From assembly GCA_040954595.2 (NCBI GenBank), contig CM082577.2:248001-312000 (forward strand): a stretch of 64,000 bases of DNA. The letters are read 5' to 3'. How positions within the stretch are numbered: the stretch's first letter is position 1; each line of letters opens with the position of its first letter. This stretch comes from Balanoglossus misakiensis (taxonomy: Eukaryota > Animalia > Hemichordata). A program made the position numbers and the translations under genes. Positions 60,798 through 64,000 of the stretch are shown in pieces. The notes beneath the pieces were generated by a model. The model saw only the letters and a list, made by a program, of their open reading frames with translations, was not told the origin of the DNA and ran no database searches.

Positions 60798-63700
60798 TTT
60801 CCTTTGAAAACAGCAACGCTCTGCCAGGCAGTGGAATTTGTCTTTCTCCATAGGTTTGCATAGAGAATTGTTAAAAACGCGTTTCTATACTATTATGATA
60901 GTTATCTCTCATTGTTCGAACAAAGTCATATGGTAATTACCGTACTGAATTTTGAGATAAAATTGATAACACATTATGCCCAGGCAACATCGTGAGCTGT
61001 AGTCTGCCCCAGGGGTGGTGCTGGCGGCCATGACCGCGCGTCAATGACATTTTCTTGCCTCTGCTAAAACACTATATTCTCGTGCACTGAATTTGCATAG
61101 TCCTGTGTAAGATAGTGCGAACTTCTTACATACACAAGTTAATTACATATGAGTTCATACTAGCAGCCATGCAGAAGAGAAGAGAATTGTACACGCACAT
61201 TCAACATTAATTTTGTTCTTGTTTCAATAGATGGCATTTTAAAAGCATAATGGATAGTACATACTATTTTATTATTAAGTATACTATATCACTCAAATGT
61301 ACATATTGTACGCCTAAACCTAAATGCACTCTACTAAATCAACATTGATAACTTGTTTTCTTCTTATTACGGAGACGATGGCTGGTAACATTCATTCCAA
61401 TTAAGTGTGAGTCGTCCGTAGTTAAATGGCATTAAGTGGCCGTGCAGAGGTTGTGGCTTGTGCTCATAATAATACCCCAAGATTGCCGGTGATAATTTCT
61501 CGGCAAATCACCACCTGAATCCACTGTCTCCTGGTCACGACCGGAGAGTAATACACAAACAAGTCTATTAGAAATGACAGTGTAAACTTAGGGGTAGGGA
61601 TAACAACATTCCAAACCCCTTCTTTCATTCCAGGGTTATCTGAAGGCAAACAATATTACAAAGTGCAGATTCCTGCATACGGCGTATTTAGCCATTAAGA
61701 GCAATCAGATGCGCTGGGTAATAACATGGGATCTCCTTTCATGGGTTATTAAGCGTCCATTTCCCGTTTCTCAAGAATCGATGCGTGAGGGACGTGACCG
61801 TTAACCCAGCTCACTGCGCAGGACCAACTTGGGGTTGCTAGGCATTCTTGCGGCAGAAGAAACAAACATCGTTGAATATTCGACTTTGTCGGGGAATTTC
61901 AACCGGACCTAGGTGGAACGAGATGCCAAGCAAGCTTATTGGCAACAAAACTCTGTCCTTTTGGACCTTAGGAAAATATATAAGAAGTTCTGCCAATATT
62001 CGCATACTAGTATTTTTTCAACAATAAAATACTTAAATCTTCTCCCTATCCTTTAAAAGTATCCCCATTAAGTCTTATTACCTGTATTGTTATCATTTCG
62101 GTATCTCTTGGCGACACGCACCACAATAGTTGTGTAGACTTGCTATGGAGGCCGATTAAACGGGTGAGACACCCGTTTAATATAACATGTTCGAATTGCA
62201 TCATAGAGCTAATATCAGACGTACGCTTATTAAGATGGACCAATCTAATTTTGAAAGTAAAATCATTGCAACAATAAAAAAACGTTATCACATGAGCCTT
62301 TAATACAATCTCCTGCATTTGCGACATACGTTTTCCCTGTTCGACGAATTTTAATTTTGTAGGATTACTTTACTGTCCTAAGTCTCTTACAAAAATCTTC
62401 TTAGCATGATGTTGTAGGCCTTATGTGCTGTGCTCCATTAATCAATTTGCAAATGGCGGTTTGCTCCATCCAATCATGAAAAGGGATGTAGCATGCAAAT
62501 GGCTGTCACGTGAAAATGTGCAATATTTCACCAGGAAGTACACACGACATAGTCATAACAAAGGATGGTCTGGGACAACCATGGTTGGGTGTATTTTCGC
62601 CATTTAGTTGAGCGTTTCATATTTCCATGACGAGTGTTAGACTTTCTGATGATGAATCTTGGCACATCTTTTATAATCCACGTACACCCATACTCTGCAC
62701 TGATCACTATCCGTCAACACACCTCTAAGTGTTACATAATTCATGAACCTTAAGCAACTAAAGTTTATTCAGGAACGTTCAACTGGTTTGAACTCAGTAG
62801 TGTCATCACGGATCATTTCCTTTCTGAAAATTGGAGATGTATTCTCAATTATATTACAGTCATATCCGAAGGCATTTCCGATCGTTAAAATGAATCCATG
62901 ACCATATAACATGACGGGTAACCCTGATTCCATGGAATTTTTTTAATAATATGAACGATTATTGCAATTAAAGGCCGCCTGAAGACCAGAAATGGCCACG
63001 ATACATCCTCTTAACGGATGGACTTGAAACGAAGTTTGAGGTTCAATTATCATCTCAAAAATCATACTTCATCTGTTCCGAAAACGGAACTTGATAAGCC
63101 AAGCCTTGGTCCTCTGTATATCATTGACTGACTTGGTATACATTCAAGTTTGCTTCTCGTCGGAGTTTCCTAATCCTTAGCATAGCTCGCAGACTATACG
63201 TTACTGATTGTCCTATGCTGACGTCACCCTTGAAACTACAGGAAATAAATGGGCACTTTAATAATATAACAAAGGGCAAAGCAGGGCAGTCTTTCGAGTG
63301 CCTGTGCTATTGTAAGTCCAGACTTCAAATCCCGTACAAATATCGGTGTATCTGTTTTGTAACTCTGAACATTCGACAAGAAACATTTGTGAAAATTATC
63401 TGTTTGCTGTTTACGTCTTAGAACAAATATATATTCACCTGAAAATTCTGTGGGTAAGATCAACCCCAACATATCGTGACGATTTCTACGAGATAGCCTA
63501 GTACAGTTTAACACAATAAATGGTGAATGGCCAAAGCGTTATTATAGAAATGTCTATGCTCATAATTGAGTTCCTTGTGAAAGCGAAAACGTGACTGCAG
63601 TCAGTAGCGATTGTCGGAATTATCTGTCTGATAAGAATTGTCGAATTCAGTCTATAGGGTATAATCGGCAGCTTTTCATTCATTTTTAAAAGATGAACTT

Positions 63701-64000
63701 TTGGAACTATATTTCCCATTTGAATGAAATCCCAGGCTAATTAAATAATTTGATTTCCTCCTTTTATTCATCGTTTATTATTCAACATTCTTCATATGCC
63801 GGACGTAAAATGTCATTTTATTTCAACGCCTTTTGTTATCTTTGATTGATTCTGGGTTTAGGTTAAGCATTGATAAGATGAACGTGAGCTCAGACAAATT
63901 GACAATTATAACAGGAATCGTTTTGGTATTAAATAAATTAAATTAATGGTTTTGATAAGTGAGTTGTTGTTGAGACAATAGAGAGAGGCTTTAATTTTGT

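Overview
Intron-rich animal genomic DNA, probably from a marine invertebrate deuterostome (hemichordate/echinoderm-like; inference only). I built gene models by hand from splice sites and reading-frame continuity. Left to right: (1) 5' part of a BAR+RhoGAP gene (ARHGAP44/17 family, minus strand, runs off the left edge). (2) A 604-aa sphingosine kinase (+), head-to-head with gene 1. (3) A complete 30-exon FBF1 gene (minus, about 1246 aa). (4) An unnamed gene of about 749 aa (+) combining CARD, death domain, basic linker, RVxF motif, DEDD-C/TRADD-N-like domain and an unknown helical C-terminus; every intron is phase 1. (5) A 215-aa orphan ORF. (6) A rolling-stone-like membrane protein, with a candidate antisense gene nested in its first intron. 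(7) A rhabdomeric (melanopsin-like) opsin (minus, 465 aa) with a cluster of Otx/Crx-type sites. The window also holds several MITEs and tandem repeats, and CpG content appears to shift near 29.5-30 kb. The most novel-looking elements are the modular death-fold gene, the nested antisense candidate and the opsin regulatory region. No database searches were run; family calls come from recognised motifs.
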